A stretch of 63,869 nucleotides of DNA, counting the filler, from an uncultured bacterium (GTDB lineage: Bacteria; B130-G9): assembly GCA_965372715.1 (NCBI GenBank). It is 9 parts of 6 records of this genome, joined end to end, with 100 filler letters (N's around TTAATTAATTAA, not from the genome) between each part and the next. Parts side by side here need not be neighbours in the genome. Positions count along the whole stretch, not along the records: positions 3,330 to 21,908 come from CBDVDH010000007.1; 8 more parts are not named here. The stretch is one strand, 5' to 3'. The first letter of the stretch is position 1, and every line of letters begins with the position of its first letter. Made by a program: the position numbers and the translations under genes. The notes beneath the pieces are model-generated. The model made no database searches. It was not told the origin of the DNA and worked only from the letters and a program-made list of their open reading frames with translations. Below, in pieces: positions 9,270-18,560 of this stretch.

Positions 9270-11132
9270 CTATGGCGCGTCATTCTCGATCAGGACGCTG
9301 ACGCCTTGATGTGTTGAAAGCCACTTGTGGCCCTGATCGCCGATCGCGATGCCCGTGACTCTATTGCCAGAGATGCGGCTGTTCTCCGTTGTGTAGGTTC
9401 TCCAGGTTCTGCCGTCAAAGACGCTCAAACCGGTCTCGCACGCAAACCACACGCGCCCCGTCTCGCCTAACGCGATGCCATGCACAGGCCCCTCGGCCAA
9501 GGCGCTATTCCGTGCGCTGTAACCCGTCCATTTGCTCCCATCGAACACACACGCGCCCGCGGATGTTCCGAACCACTTCCGCCCTTCGGCGTCCTCGGCA
9601 ATTGCAGACACTTGCTCTGTCCCCAAGTCACAGGACCGAATGTCATACCTAGTCCAGTTGTCGCCGTCAAACGAGCAAGGCCCCTCGGACGTCCCGAACC
9701 AGATAAGGCCGGACCTATCCACCAGGATAGCCTCAACGTCATCATCCGACAGGCCACTGCTCTGAGTGTTGAAAGCGGTCCAATCGTTCTGATCGAGCAC
9801 GAACGCGCCGTGGCCGGAAGTTCCGAACCACATCCTACCTTTCTGGTCTTCGGCGATAGCCTTGACGATCGGTCCAGTCAGCCCGCTGTTCTGGGCGTCA
9901 TAGCTGCGCCAGCTTGCCCCGTTGAAAACGCTGACGCCATTGTATGTCCCAAACCACTTCCGACCTTTGCTATCTATCGCGATGCAATGGACGAAGAGAT
10001 TCGCGAGCCCGCTGTTCCCCGTGTTGTAGTTTGTCCAGTTCTCACCGTCAAAGGACATGGCGCCCCCTCCGGCGGAACCGAACCAGACGCGCCCGTCCCG
10101 GCCCATCGCTATCGTGGTCAAAGGAGCTGGCATGTCGTAGGCGCCTGGAAGAAGGCTTTCCCAAGTTGCTCCGTCAAAGACCTGGACCCCGCCTCCTGAA
10201 GTCGAGCAGAACCACTTCCGGTCCCTCTGGTCGATCAGTATTCTGTTGACATACTGTATCGATAGGCCGCTGTTTTCGGTTGTGTATGTCGTCCACTTCT
10301 CTCCATCGAATGCAGCTACCCCAGCGGCTGCAACCCACTTATGGCCCTCTTTGTCGATAGCGATCGCCTCCCTCGGCTTGTATCGCACGCTATCCGCTTC
10401 CGGATCGCACGTCGTCCAGTTCTTCCCGTCGAAGACGCAGACGCCATCCAAAAGAGTGGTAAACCAGGCGGAGCCGTCACTGTCCACTGCCATTGCCTGC
10501 ACGTAGAAGTTCGAGAAGCCGGCCTCCTTGGGATTGTAAGTCGTCCAGTTCTCGCCGTCGAACATCGTTACACCGGCATACGTGGCGAACCATACATTCC
10601 CCTCATTGTCGCACGCAACCGGCCTCACGTCATCATCGGGAAGCCCACTGTTGCCTGCATTGAACACACTCCACTTGCCGCCATCGAACATGCCGACGCC
10701 GCCTCTGTAACTCCCAAACCACACTCGTCCACGAGTATCGGCAGCCATTCGTCTCGCACAGCCAATGATCATTTTCGTGAAGCCTTTCGGCAGCCCGCTG
10801 TTCTCTGGTGTGTATGTCTTGAAGCTCTCTCCGTCAAACATGCACACGGCATCCCCTCCCGTGCTGAACCACTTGCGACCATCATTATCGACGACAACCT
10901 CCAAGAGCCAATTCGACGGAAGGCCATCAGCTCTTGTATAGACGACCTTCTCGCCGGTTGTTATGTCAAAGCGTGTCGCGCCGCCCTGGCCGACGCACCA
11001 CACAAAACTGTCCCCCTCCCGGGCGAGATCATTCACATAAGCACCCGACGTGTAGTTGAGCCAGGTTTCCGCCCCGAGACCGAACCCCGATACCACGACC
11101 AATAGAAATGCAATGACTGTAACGCGCATCAT
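9270..11132 (-). CDS. Secreted two-component-regulator-propeller (Reg_prop) repeat beta-propeller protein
   Basis: Signal peptide MMRVTVIAFLLVVVSGFGLGA; many repeats of D..G..WFGT..G...FDG..W..Y...NSGL; GGGAG RBS before ATG 11132. Confidence 0.9.
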   Translation of the reverse strand: MMRVTVIAFLLVVVSGFGLGAETWLNYTSGAYVNDLAREGDSFVWCVGQGGATRFDITTGEKVVYTRADGLPSNWLLEVVVDNDGRKWFSTGGDAVCMFDGESFKTYTPENSGLPKGFTKMIIGCARRMAADTRGRVWFGSYRGGVGMFDGGKWSVFNAGNSGLPDDDVRPVACDNEGNVWFATYAGVTMFDGENWTTYNPKEAGFSNFYVQAMAVDSDGSAWFTTLLDGVCVFDGKNWTTCDPEADSVRYKPREAIAIDKEGHKWVAAAGVAAFDGEKWTTYTTENSGLSIQYVNRILIDQRDRKWFCSTSGGGVQVFDGATWESLLPGAYDMPAPLTTIAMGRDGRVWFGSAGGGAMSFDGENWTNYNTGNSGLANLFVHCIAIDSKGRKWFGTYNGVSVFNGASWRSYDAQNSGLTGPIVKAIAEDQKGRMWFGTSGHGAFVLDQNDWTAFNTQSSGLSDDDVEAILVDRSGLIWFGTSEGPCSFDGDNWTRYDIRSCDLGTEQVSAIAEDAEGRKWFGTSAGACVFDGSKWTGYSARNSALAEGPVHGIALGETGRVWFACETGLSVFDGRTWRTYTTENSRISGNRVTGIAIGDQGHKWLSTHQGVSVLIENDAP

Positions 11133-11260
11133 CGGACTCTCCCCTGCGATTTGATGTATCCATCTTCCGACAAACCGAACGCAACGCACCGAAAGATTAC
11201 TGCGAGGCTAAACCTGGATCAAGGGCGTGTTCTCTCCCTCCCCATTCAAAGCGATCGCTG

Positions 11261-11308
11261 TTGACGCCTTAACGCAGGAGTCGTAGGTTGAGTTCGGGCA
11301 TCAGGATT
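11261..11308 (+). promoter_or_regulatory. Putative sigma70 promoter of the polyprenyl synthase operon; direct repeat copy 2
   Basis: TTGACG-17 nt-TAGGTT upstream of ATG 11335. Confidence 0.6.
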
Positions 11309-11334
11309 TGGTGACACCGGCTAGGAATGGAGCA

Positions 11335-12399
11335 ATGCTGGAAGACGTGTTTTGTGATATTTCGAGTGAGCTTGCGAGTGTGCAGGAGCAGCTTCAGGCT
11401 GTCCTTGCGGCGGATGAGCTACCGGTTGACGAGGTGCTTCGGTCCTCGCTGCATTGCTCCGGGAAGCTGCTTAGGCCGGGCCTACTGCTGCTTGTCGCCA
11501 AGAACGGACGGGAGTCTGATTCGAAGCGAAGCATCACCCTTGGGTGCGCGATCGAGATGCTGCACTTGGCGACGTTGCTGCACGATGACGTGATAGACCG
11601 CTCCTGCACGAGGCGCCGTCGGCCGACAGCCGCCAAGGTTTTGGGCGATAAGGGCTCCATCCTCTTGGGCGATTATCTGTTTGCCAGGTGCTTCAGGATG
11701 CTTGCTGAAAGCGGGGAGTTCGGGGCGCTCGGTTTGCTTGCCAGAACGGTGGAGGTGTGCGCCGACGGGGAGCTTCTGGAACAGGCGAACCTCTTCAACT
11801 TGGCGCTCACCACTGAGCAATACATCGGCATCACCAGCAAGAAGACCGCCGAGCTGTTCGCCGCTTCCTGTAGGCTGGGGTCGGACCTTTACGGGCATGA
11901 CGGAGCCGATTCGGACGCTTTGTCGGAGTTTGGCCGTCTGTTCGGACAGGGCTTCCAGATCATCGACGATGTTCTCGATTTCCTGGGCGACGCCAATTCG
12001 ATGGGCAAGCCTTCCGGTCAGGACCTTGCCCAGGGCGTTGTCACGCTGCCGACCATTCTCGCGCTGAAAGACGCTAGGGCGGTTCGTGAACCGGCCCTAC
12101 AAGGCGGGGCCGAAGCGCCGTGGTCGCATAAAGTCAGGTTCAGGCCCGAGGATGAGGCTCGAATCAGGAGACTCGTGCTTGAGGGAGGCGCCCTCGAAGC
12201 GACGCTCGGGGCCGCGAGAGATTCCTTTCTCAAAGCACAGCGCGGCGTTTTGGAGCTTGATCGGAGCGACGGCCTTGCCGATAAGCTGGTGGCCCTCAGC
12301 CAGGCGACCCTTGGAAGGGGGAAAGAGGCGCTTTCGAGGTTCAGAGCAAAAGTGAGCAAGTCAGGAGGCAAGATAAAAGGCAAAGACGATGCGAAGTAG
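11335..12399 (+). CDS. Trans-polyprenyl diphosphate synthase
   Basis: GKLLRP, first Asp-rich motif LLHDDVID..RR, KKTAELF, second motif FQIIDDVLD, GKPSGQDL. Confidence 0.93.
   Translation: MLEDVFCDISSELASVQEQLQAVLAADELPVDEVLRSSLHCSGKLLRPGLLLLVAKNGRESDSKRSITLGCAIEMLHLATLLHDDVIDRSCTRRRRPTAAKVLGDKGSILLGDYLFARCFRMLAESGEFGALGLLARTVEVCADGELLEQANLFNLALTTEQYIGITSKKTAELFAASCRLGSDLYGHDGADSDALSEFGRLFGQGFQIIDDVLDFLGDANSMGKPSGQDLAQGVVTLPTILALKDARAVREPALQGGAEAPWSHKVRFRPEDEARIRRLVLEGGALEATLGAARDSFLKAQRGVLELDRSDGLADKLVALSQATLGRGKEALSRFRAKVSKSGGKIKGKDDAK
12074..12100. repeat. REP-like palindrome in-frame within the polyprenyl synthase CDS
   Basis: CTAGGGCGGTTCGTGAACCGGCCCTAC, encoding RAVREPALQ; related to the intergenic GGGCGGCTCGTAAGCTGCTCCTAC near 30423. 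Confidence 0.7.
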
Positions 12400-13393
12400 C
12401 CAACCAAAAGAGGCGATGTTCTACGAGAAACTCGACGGCGCCAAGGTTCGCTGCAAGCTATGCCCGCACTTGTGCGTGATTGCCGACGGCAACGCGGGGA
12501 TCTGTCGTGGAAGGGACAACAGAGGCGGCACGCTCTACGCCTCAACCTTCGCTGAGACGATCTCGCTCACCAACGATCCGGTCGAGAAGAAGCCGCTCTA
12601 TCATTTCTATCCAGGCGGCTACCTGCTGTCGATAGGCCCCAACGCGTGCAACCTGCGCTGTCAGCACTGCCAGAACTGGGAGATATCCCAGGCGCGGGTT
12701 CGGACCTCGCACCTAACGCCCGAGCGAGCGGTCGAGCTTGCCCAAAGCGCTCGAAATTGCATCGGCTTGAGCTTCACTTACACCGAGCCGCTAATGTGGT
12801 TCGAATATGTGCTCGTGACGTCGCGGCTCGCAAGGTCCATGGGCGCAAAGACGACGCTCGTGACAAACGGGTTCATCAACCCGGAGCCGGCGGCCGAGCT
12901 TTTGCCGTTCATCGACGCCATCAACCTCGATATCAAGTCGATGGATGACGACTTCTACCGGAACGTCTCCGGGGCGAGGCTACAGCCGGTCCTGGACTTC
13001 GCGCTTCAGGCCCGCAAGACTTCGCACCTTGAGATAACAAACCTCGTCATCCCGGGCCTAAATGACCAACCGGGGCAGATAAAGAAGCTGGTTGACTGGG
13101 TTTGCGACAACCTGGGCCCCGAGACGGCGCTTCATTTTTCCCGGTATTTCCCGCGATACAAAATGACCAGGCCACAAACGCCGATCGAAACACTCGTTGA
13201 GGCGCACAACATAGCGAGAGAGAAGCTGAAGTTCGTCTATGTGGGGAACATAGTGGAGGACGACCTACACAGCACCTACTGCCCGAGCTGCGGCAGCTTG
13301 CTCGTCAAGAGGACCGGCTATCACACCAGCATAACTGGGCTTTCAGGTAGCAGATGCAAGAAATGCGACGAGAGCATCCCGATTGTTACGTGA
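12389..13393 (+). CDS. amrS: AmmeMemoRadiSam system radical SAM enzyme
   Basis: CKLCPHLC, DPVEKKPLYHFYPG, CNLRCQHCQNWEISQ, LHFSRYFPRY, TYCPSCG. Confidence 0.92.
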   Translation: MRSSQPKEAMFYEKLDGAKVRCKLCPHLCVIADGNAGICRGRDNRGGTLYASTFAETISLTNDPVEKKPLYHFYPGGYLLSIGPNACNLRCQHCQNWEISQARVRTSHLTPERAVELAQSARNCIGLSFTYTEPLMWFEYVLVTSRLARSMGAKTTLVTNGFINPEPAAELLPFIDAINLDIKSMDDDFYRNVSGARLQPVLDFALQARKTSHLEITNLVIPGLNDQPGQIKKLVDWVCDNLGPETALHFSRYFPRYKMTRPQTPIETLVEAHNIAREKLKFVYVGNIVEDDLHSTYCPSCGSLLVKRTGYHTSITGLSGSRCKKCDESIPIVT

Positions 13394-13399
13394 GTATCA

Positions 13400-13424
13400 A
13401 GGGTGCAGCAAGCAGCACCCCTAC
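13400..13424 (-). repeat. GTAG-type REP overlapping the stop codon of the pentapeptide-repeat gene
   Basis: Minus strand GTAGGGGTGCTGCTTGCTGCACCCT; its TAG is the stop at 13421-13423. Confidence 0.75.
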
Positions 13425-14353
13425 ACGAAGACCACGCCCTCAGCGAGGTCCTTGAAGCCGGGTGGAGGCTGGCTCGCAGAATCGAAGATCGCGCCCTTCC
13501 ATTCAGCCTTATGCCAGTTTGAGGCCTCAGAGAGATTGGCGCCGTGGAAGACCGCGCCGGCGAAGCTGCATCCATCCAGCTGGGCAAACGCCAGCTCAGC
13601 CTGCTTGAAGTCAGCGCCTGAGAAGTCAGCGTTCTTGAGGTCGGCGCCCACCAGGATCGCACTCTTGAGATTAGCGTTAGTCCCGCTCGCCTGCCTAAGG
13701 TCCGCCTCGTTGAGGATTATGCCCTGCATGTTGGCGTTCGTCAGGTTGGCGCGGTGCAGATTGGCGTAGCTGGCCGCGCATACCGACAGGTTCGCTCTAT
13801 TGAGATCAGTTGCTGTTAGGTTGGCCCCGGTGAGGTTCGACTTTGACAGATTCGCCTCCCCGAGGAAGGCGTTTTCGAGGTTGGCCCCAGAAAGAGAACA
13901 AGCCACGAGCTTGGCGCGTCCGAGTGTTGCGGCCCCCATCATGGCCTTTGAAAGGTCCGCCTCTGACAGGTCTGCGAGTTCAAGTTCCGCTCGCCGAAGG
14001 TCGGCCTGAACGAATATCGCCATCCTAAACACCCCGCGGCCCATTCTGGCGCCGCTGAGCAGCGCCTGGCGAAAATCAGTCTCGCTGGCGTTGGCCGCAA
14101 ACAAGTTGACGCGTTCGAGGTTTGCCCTTCGAAAGCTGGCGCGAGAGATGTCGGCCCTGGAGAGATTGGCGTCCATGAAGTCCGACCCGGACGCGTCAAC
14201 GCCGCGCATATTGACCCGAAAAAGATTGGTCCCCCTGAACTGGAGACCGGACAGGCTGAGCTCGGAGAGATTTATGCCGTAAAGACTCATCCCCGAAAGG
14301 TGCGCTCCCCCCGCCACGCGCTCAATAACTTGCAGTCTGGACATCCTGCCCAC
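13421..14353 (-). CDS. Pentapeptide repeat protein
   Basis: Almost entirely A(N/D)Lxx repeats. Confidence 0.93.
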   Translation of the reverse strand: MGRMSRLQVIERVAGGAHLSGMSLYGINLSELSLSGLQFRGTNLFRVNMRGVDASGSDFMDANLSRADISRASFRRANLERVNLFAANASETDFRQALLSGARMGRGVFRMAIFVQADLRRAELELADLSEADLSKAMMGAATLGRAKLVACSLSGANLENAFLGEANLSKSNLTGANLTATDLNRANLSVCAASYANLHRANLTNANMQGIILNEADLRQASGTNANLKSAILVGADLKNADFSGADFKQAELAFAQLDGCSFAGAVFHGANLSEASNWHKAEWKGAIFDSASQPPPGFKDLAEGVVFV

Positions 14354-14578
14354 GAGAACCCCATTAACTGACGGTCGATGAAAACCTGCTTATGCCAAAG
14401 GCCATCTATTCAAATGAGATTTCGTCGATTTCGGGACTAAACTTTAGCCTTGTGCCCCGGCAAGCAATCCCACATCACTGCCTTGTCTTTGTGTATCGGT
14501 GCGTCTCTATGGTAAAACCACCGCAAACGCTACGCCAATTCGCGCAATCAACTACTGGTGCAAAACGACGTGGGAAGA

Positions 14579-15412
14579 ATGAAGTATCGGCTTCTGGCGC
14601 TGGACCTCGACGGCACGCTGCTTACCGATGACAAAAGGATCAGTTCAAGAGCAGTTTCCGCCCTTCGGGACTCGATTGATGCCGGCGCCGTTGTAGTTTT
14701 CTGCACCGGAAGGCGCTATCGCACTGTGATTCCCATGGTCGAGCAGATAGACCGTCCGATCCTGGTCGCCTACAACAACGGGGCCGCCGTCAGAGAATGC
14801 CCAAAGCATCGCGTTGTGCTGAAGAATCTATTCCCAAAGGAGCATTTCGTTCCTGTTATCGATCTTCTCGCCGGCTTCGAGCTCAATCCTGTCGTCCACG
14901 TCGATGCCTTTGATGATGGCATTGACCTCTACTGTAGTAGCAGCGACGCCAATCGCTACCACCGCGCGTATGTGTCGAGGAACTCAGAGTTCTTATGCGA
15001 GGTCGGTGATCTGAGAACTGCGCCGGCCGAAAAGATCATACAGTTCATCGTCATGGAGCCGCTTTCGAGGTTGACGCCTGCTTACGAGGCGCTGCAGGGG
15101 CTATCGGCGGACGGCTCGTTGAACGTGCACATCGTCAGGAACCTGACCATCCCCGTCAGCGCGCTGGAGGTTCTGAGCGCCAAGGGCGACAAATGGCAGG
15201 CCGTCTCGCACATCGCCGAACGCACGGGCATCGCGCTGGACGAGACCGTCGCAATAGGCGACGACATCTCGGACTGTTGCTTGCTGCGAAACGCCGGCGT
15301 GGGAATAGCGGTCGAGAACGCCCTTGAGGAGGTCAAGGACGCCGCCGACCTGCTTGTGCCCAGGAATAATGACGACGGCGCGGCGATTGCCATTGAGCGA
15401 TTCTTCCTCTGA
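14579..15412 (+). CDS. Cof-type HAD-IIB phosphatase
   Basis: DLDGTLL, CTGRR, K, and AIGDDISD motifs. Confidence 0.93.
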   Translation: MKYRLLALDLDGTLLTDDKRISSRAVSALRDSIDAGAVVVFCTGRRYRTVIPMVEQIDRPILVAYNNGAAVRECPKHRVVLKNLFPKEHFVPVIDLLAGFELNPVVHVDAFDDGIDLYCSSSDANRYHRAYVSRNSEFLCEVGDLRTAPAEKIIQFIVMEPLSRLTPAYEALQGLSADGSLNVHIVRNLTIPVSALEVLSAKGDKWQAVSHIAERTGIALDETVAIGDDISDCCLLRNAGVGIAVENALEEVKDAADLLVPRNNDDGAAIAIERFFL

Positions 15413-17397
15413 CACCGGAACTCTCGGAACGCAACGGCCAGCTCCCGTTGGTCGTCCCGGGCCCAGTCGCAATCGGCGGCGGGGCACAACGTGTGCCCGT
15501 ATGTGAACGTAATCGTGTTTTCGCCCGGTCTGAGTGCCCCAGCAGGCAGCGACATCACGTATTCATGCCACCCAGATGCCATGTCTATGCTGCCGAGCGC
15601 ATCGCCATTCAACGAGAGCTTCACGGACTGAGTCGACCGGCCGCCGAGGTCAAGCGGAAACGCCAGCACGACGAGCTCAAGATCAGCTTCCGTGGTTGAA
15701 GGCGCCACCGAGATGCTGGACGATTTCCCCTTGGACCACCTGAAGTCGAAACCACCATCAAACCAGCGCTCCGCCGGATAGAAACCGGAGACCAGCCGGA
15801 CTATCGAGGGTTCTACGAAGGCGCCCGACCGCCGCCTGCAAACCCAGATGTTCGTCCCATTCCAAGTTCCCGGCAGCTCTGAGACCAGCTCAAAGCCGGG
15901 GTAGCCGGCCTGCGTCGTCGCCTGGGCAAATCTGAAGAGGCTATACTGATAATCAACGATACAGTCTATTTGCGCCTCGACCAGATACTTGTCCAGAGTC
16001 CCGCTCACGAGATGTGGGATGACGCGGTTGTTGACGACGCCGTCGATGTTGACGACGTTTGCGTTAAGGAAGCACCCGGCGATGCCCGCGTTAAACGCGC
16101 CGACCCTTGCTTCGGCAGGGATATACTCTTGGAGCGCCTCAACGGCGCGCAGCATCTCTGGTTGCCAGGGGTAGAGGCCAGTTGAGCAAAGCGAGGGCGC
16201 ACCGATCGCTCCGGCAATGATGATCAACGCGGCAAAGGATGCTTTGAGGACTTTGCTCACTCGCTCGCTGCCCTTGGGTAGGATCTCGGAAACGCTTTCC
16301 GAAAGACCTCCGAAAAGCAGCGAACTAAAGCCAATGACGGCGACTGATGCGGGCACGAGATACCACAGCTGAAAATGGCGGAGCCAAAAGGCGTAGAAGA
16401 GCAGCAAAAAGGCCGAATGCAGGAAAAGCGGCAGCAGAGGGCGGGCTCGCTTGAGCAGTCTTCCCACGTGAACCAGCTCCGAGATGGCTGAGGCGCAGAG
16501 GAGCGCGACGAGCAGAAGCAGGACAGAAACGGTTGGGAACCCAGCAAGATCGAATGCGGTTGCAGCAGAATCTCTAGCCAGCTCCCAAGATGATTGCAGC
16601 AACCCTGATACGCCGCTGTCAGCGAGGCCCGCTGTGCGCCGGGACATGACGGTCAGCGCCAGGCCGCTTGACTGGAACGCCATGCCTGTTGTCCAAACAC
16701 ACCAGACCAAGAGCGCAAGAGTCGCAAGCACCGCGGGGAGAGCGAAAAGCGAGAGAGCTCGCCAGTGCAAAAGACGCCTGGAGGCTCGACCGGCGATGGC
16801 GAATCCGAGAATAAAGGCTGGAATTAGAAACAGGCAATCCGTTCGGGCGAGTATCGCAGCGCCGGTCAGAACGCCCAGTAGCAGCACTTTCAGCCGGGGC
16901 ACGCATTCGGCAGACGTTACTTTCAAAAAGACGAGGAGCGATGTGAGCAGAAGAAGCAGGGATAGCGAGGTCTCGAGCCCACCGACCGCTACGAGTAACA
17001 GAGAAGGCGCCGTGAGCAAAGCTGTGAAGGCGATGACCGACGTGTCGCGGCCCGCGGTCATTCTGATGATTCGTTTCAAAACCAGCGCAGAGGTGAAGAA
17101 GAGCAGGCCGCAAAGAAGGATTGTCCCGCGGATCGCGGTCTCGGGCGCCCGCTCGAAGACCGCCGCAATGGGAAGCAGAAGCAATAGGAAAAGCGGATGG
17201 ACGCCGCTGGTGGGGCCTAAACCGTCAAATGTTAGGCCCCGTTGGGCGACAACGTTCTGGGCGATCTTGAGGTAGTAGAAAGCATCGTCCGGGACGAACT
17301 TTATGAGCCCCTCAAGCGGAAGTCTGACTACCCACAGAAGATAGAAAGCAAAAACGAACATCGCCAAGCACGCGACGCACCTCAACAGCGTACTCAT
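15082..17397 (-). CDS. Polytopic GT-C-like membrane glycosyltransferase with C-terminal extracytoplasmic beta domain; last ~110 codons overlap the HAD gene antisense
   Basis: PDDAFYY after the first TM, GLET, LARTD, about 12 hydrophobic segments, GFYPAE..FRWS beta domain. Confidence 0.75.
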   Translation of the reverse strand: MSTLLRCVACLAMFVFAFYLLWVVRLPLEGLIKFVPDDAFYYLKIAQNVVAQRGLTFDGLGPTSGVHPLFLLLLLPIAAVFERAPETAIRGTILLCGLLFFTSALVLKRIIRMTAGRDTSVIAFTALLTAPSLLLVAVGGLETSLSLLLLLTSLLVFLKVTSAECVPRLKVLLLGVLTGAAILARTDCLFLIPAFILGFAIAGRASRRLLHWRALSLFALPAVLATLALLVWCVWTTGMAFQSSGLALTVMSRRTAGLADSGVSGLLQSSWELARDSAATAFDLAGFPTVSVLLLLVALLCASAISELVHVGRLLKRARPLLPLFLHSAFLLLFYAFWLRHFQLWYLVPASVAVIGFSSLLFGGLSESVSEILPKGSERVSKVLKASFAALIIIAGAIGAPSLCSTGLYPWQPEMLRAVEALQEYIPAEARVGAFNAGIAGCFLNANVVNIDGVVNNRVIPHLVSGTLDKYLVEAQIDCIVDYQYSLFRFAQATTQAGYPGFELVSELPGTWNGTNIWVCRRRSGAFVEPSIVRLVSGFYPAERWFDGGFDFRWSKGKSSSISVAPSTTEADLELVVLAFPLDLGGRSTQSVKLSLNGDALGSIDMASGWHEYVMSLPAGALRPGENTITFTYGHTLCPAADCDWARDDQRELAVAFREFRCQRKNRSMAIAAPSSLFLGTSRSAASLTSSRAFSTAIPTPAFRSKQQSEMSSPIATVSSSAMPVRSAMCETACHLSPLALRTSSALTGMVRFLTMCTFNEPSADSPCSAS

Positions 17398-17492
17398 CCT
17401 AGGAACACTTGCCGCGACGCAGAGCCGCCCCCTGCATCTGGCTCGTTCATTAAAGGAGAATCGCCGGCGTCAAGCCTCGTTCGGACGCTCTA

Positions 17493-18431
17493 CTACCAGC
17501 TATGAGGCAGGCCGTAACTCACGGTGAACATACCCCCATGGGACGTGATCCCGTTGAAGTCCGACCCGTTGAGAAGCCGATAATTATAGCCAAGCCCCGC
17601 TGTGAGCCGCTGCTTGCCTTTCAGCTCGAGCAACTTGGCAAAATCGTAGGTTACGGATGCCTCGCAGTCGGCGCCGTAAGCGCTCTCGAGTTTGTCCTGC
17701 CACTTCACACCGAAATACTCGGCCCTAAGAACCGGGGCGTATCTGCCCAAAAAGTGAACCGAAATCTGTTTCAGCGCATCGGTCTCGGACTCCGCAAAGG
17801 GCGCCCAATCCGCTGAAACGCCAAACTCGAACCCACGAGTCTTCAGCTTATATGCGCCGCCGTGGTCCTCGTCGTAACCGGACTCGTCGCTCCAGGGCAG
17901 AAGGTCCTCGTTCGGGTCCTCGTATGGATGGCCCACAATCGATATCTCAGTAACAGTGCGGTCGAACTTATAATGCTGCCAATTCCAGCCCAGAATCACG
18001 GCAAAGTTCAAATCTCGCAGAACCTTCAGCTCCGCCTCCGACCAACGGCGGATGAAGTTGCCCAAGAATACACGCATGTCGCAGTTATAGACGCCCTTGA
18101 GGACCTTGTTATGGGTCTCATAATTGTAGATGCGCTGCGCGGGCGTTCCAGGCGACACCACGTGCACGCCGGAGATTCCGTGAAGCTCGAACTCGCCCAT
18201 CTCAAGAGAGGTCAGCAACCCAAGCCGATCGCCCCACATGTTGATGCTCGCCTCAACCGCAACGACCCCGACTTGTGGCTGAGGGGCGGACGCCGGCATC
18301 ATTTCGACGTCAAGCGCCGGCCAAGAATACTTCAATCTGAAGTCTGTCTCGTCCGCCAAACCAAGATCAAAACATACGCTTGAAAACAGCACCAAGCCGA
18401 AAACCACAGCGAGGAACCGTGATGTCGTCAT
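17493..18431 (-). CDS. Secreted protein, putative outer-membrane beta-barrel
   Basis: Signal peptide, alternating amphipathic strands (LTAGLGYNYR, GGMFTVSYG), terminal Trp; AGGAG RBS; TTGACT-17-TACGCT promoter at 18520-18548. Confidence 0.6.
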   Translation of the reverse strand: MTTSRFLAVVFGLVLFSSVCFDLGLADETDFRLKYSWPALDVEMMPASAPQPQVGVVAVEASINMWGDRLGLLTSLEMGEFELHGISGVHVVSPGTPAQRIYNYETHNKVLKGVYNCDMRVFLGNFIRRWSEAELKVLRDLNFAVILGWNWQHYKFDRTVTEISIVGHPYEDPNEDLLPWSDESGYDEDHGGAYKLKTRGFEFGVSADWAPFAESETDALKQISVHFLGRYAPVLRAEYFGVKWQDKLESAYGADCEASVTYDFAKLLELKGKQRLTAGLGYNYRLLNGSDFNGITSHGGMFTVSYGLPHSW

Positions 18432-18560
18432 ATTCTCTCTCCTGTCTGTTCCAAGAAAGCACTAAGCAATGACCGATAAGGCCACCCAAAATCAACCTTA
18501 CTAAGATAATCGAGGCGCAAGCGTAACAACGCCGCCGATCCAAGTCAACTCTTTTGCGGA

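Noticed and set aside
13421-14353. Qnr/MfpA-type quinolone resistance protein
   Set aside because: Generic pentapeptide repeats; longer than Qnr and no Qnr-specific loops recognised.
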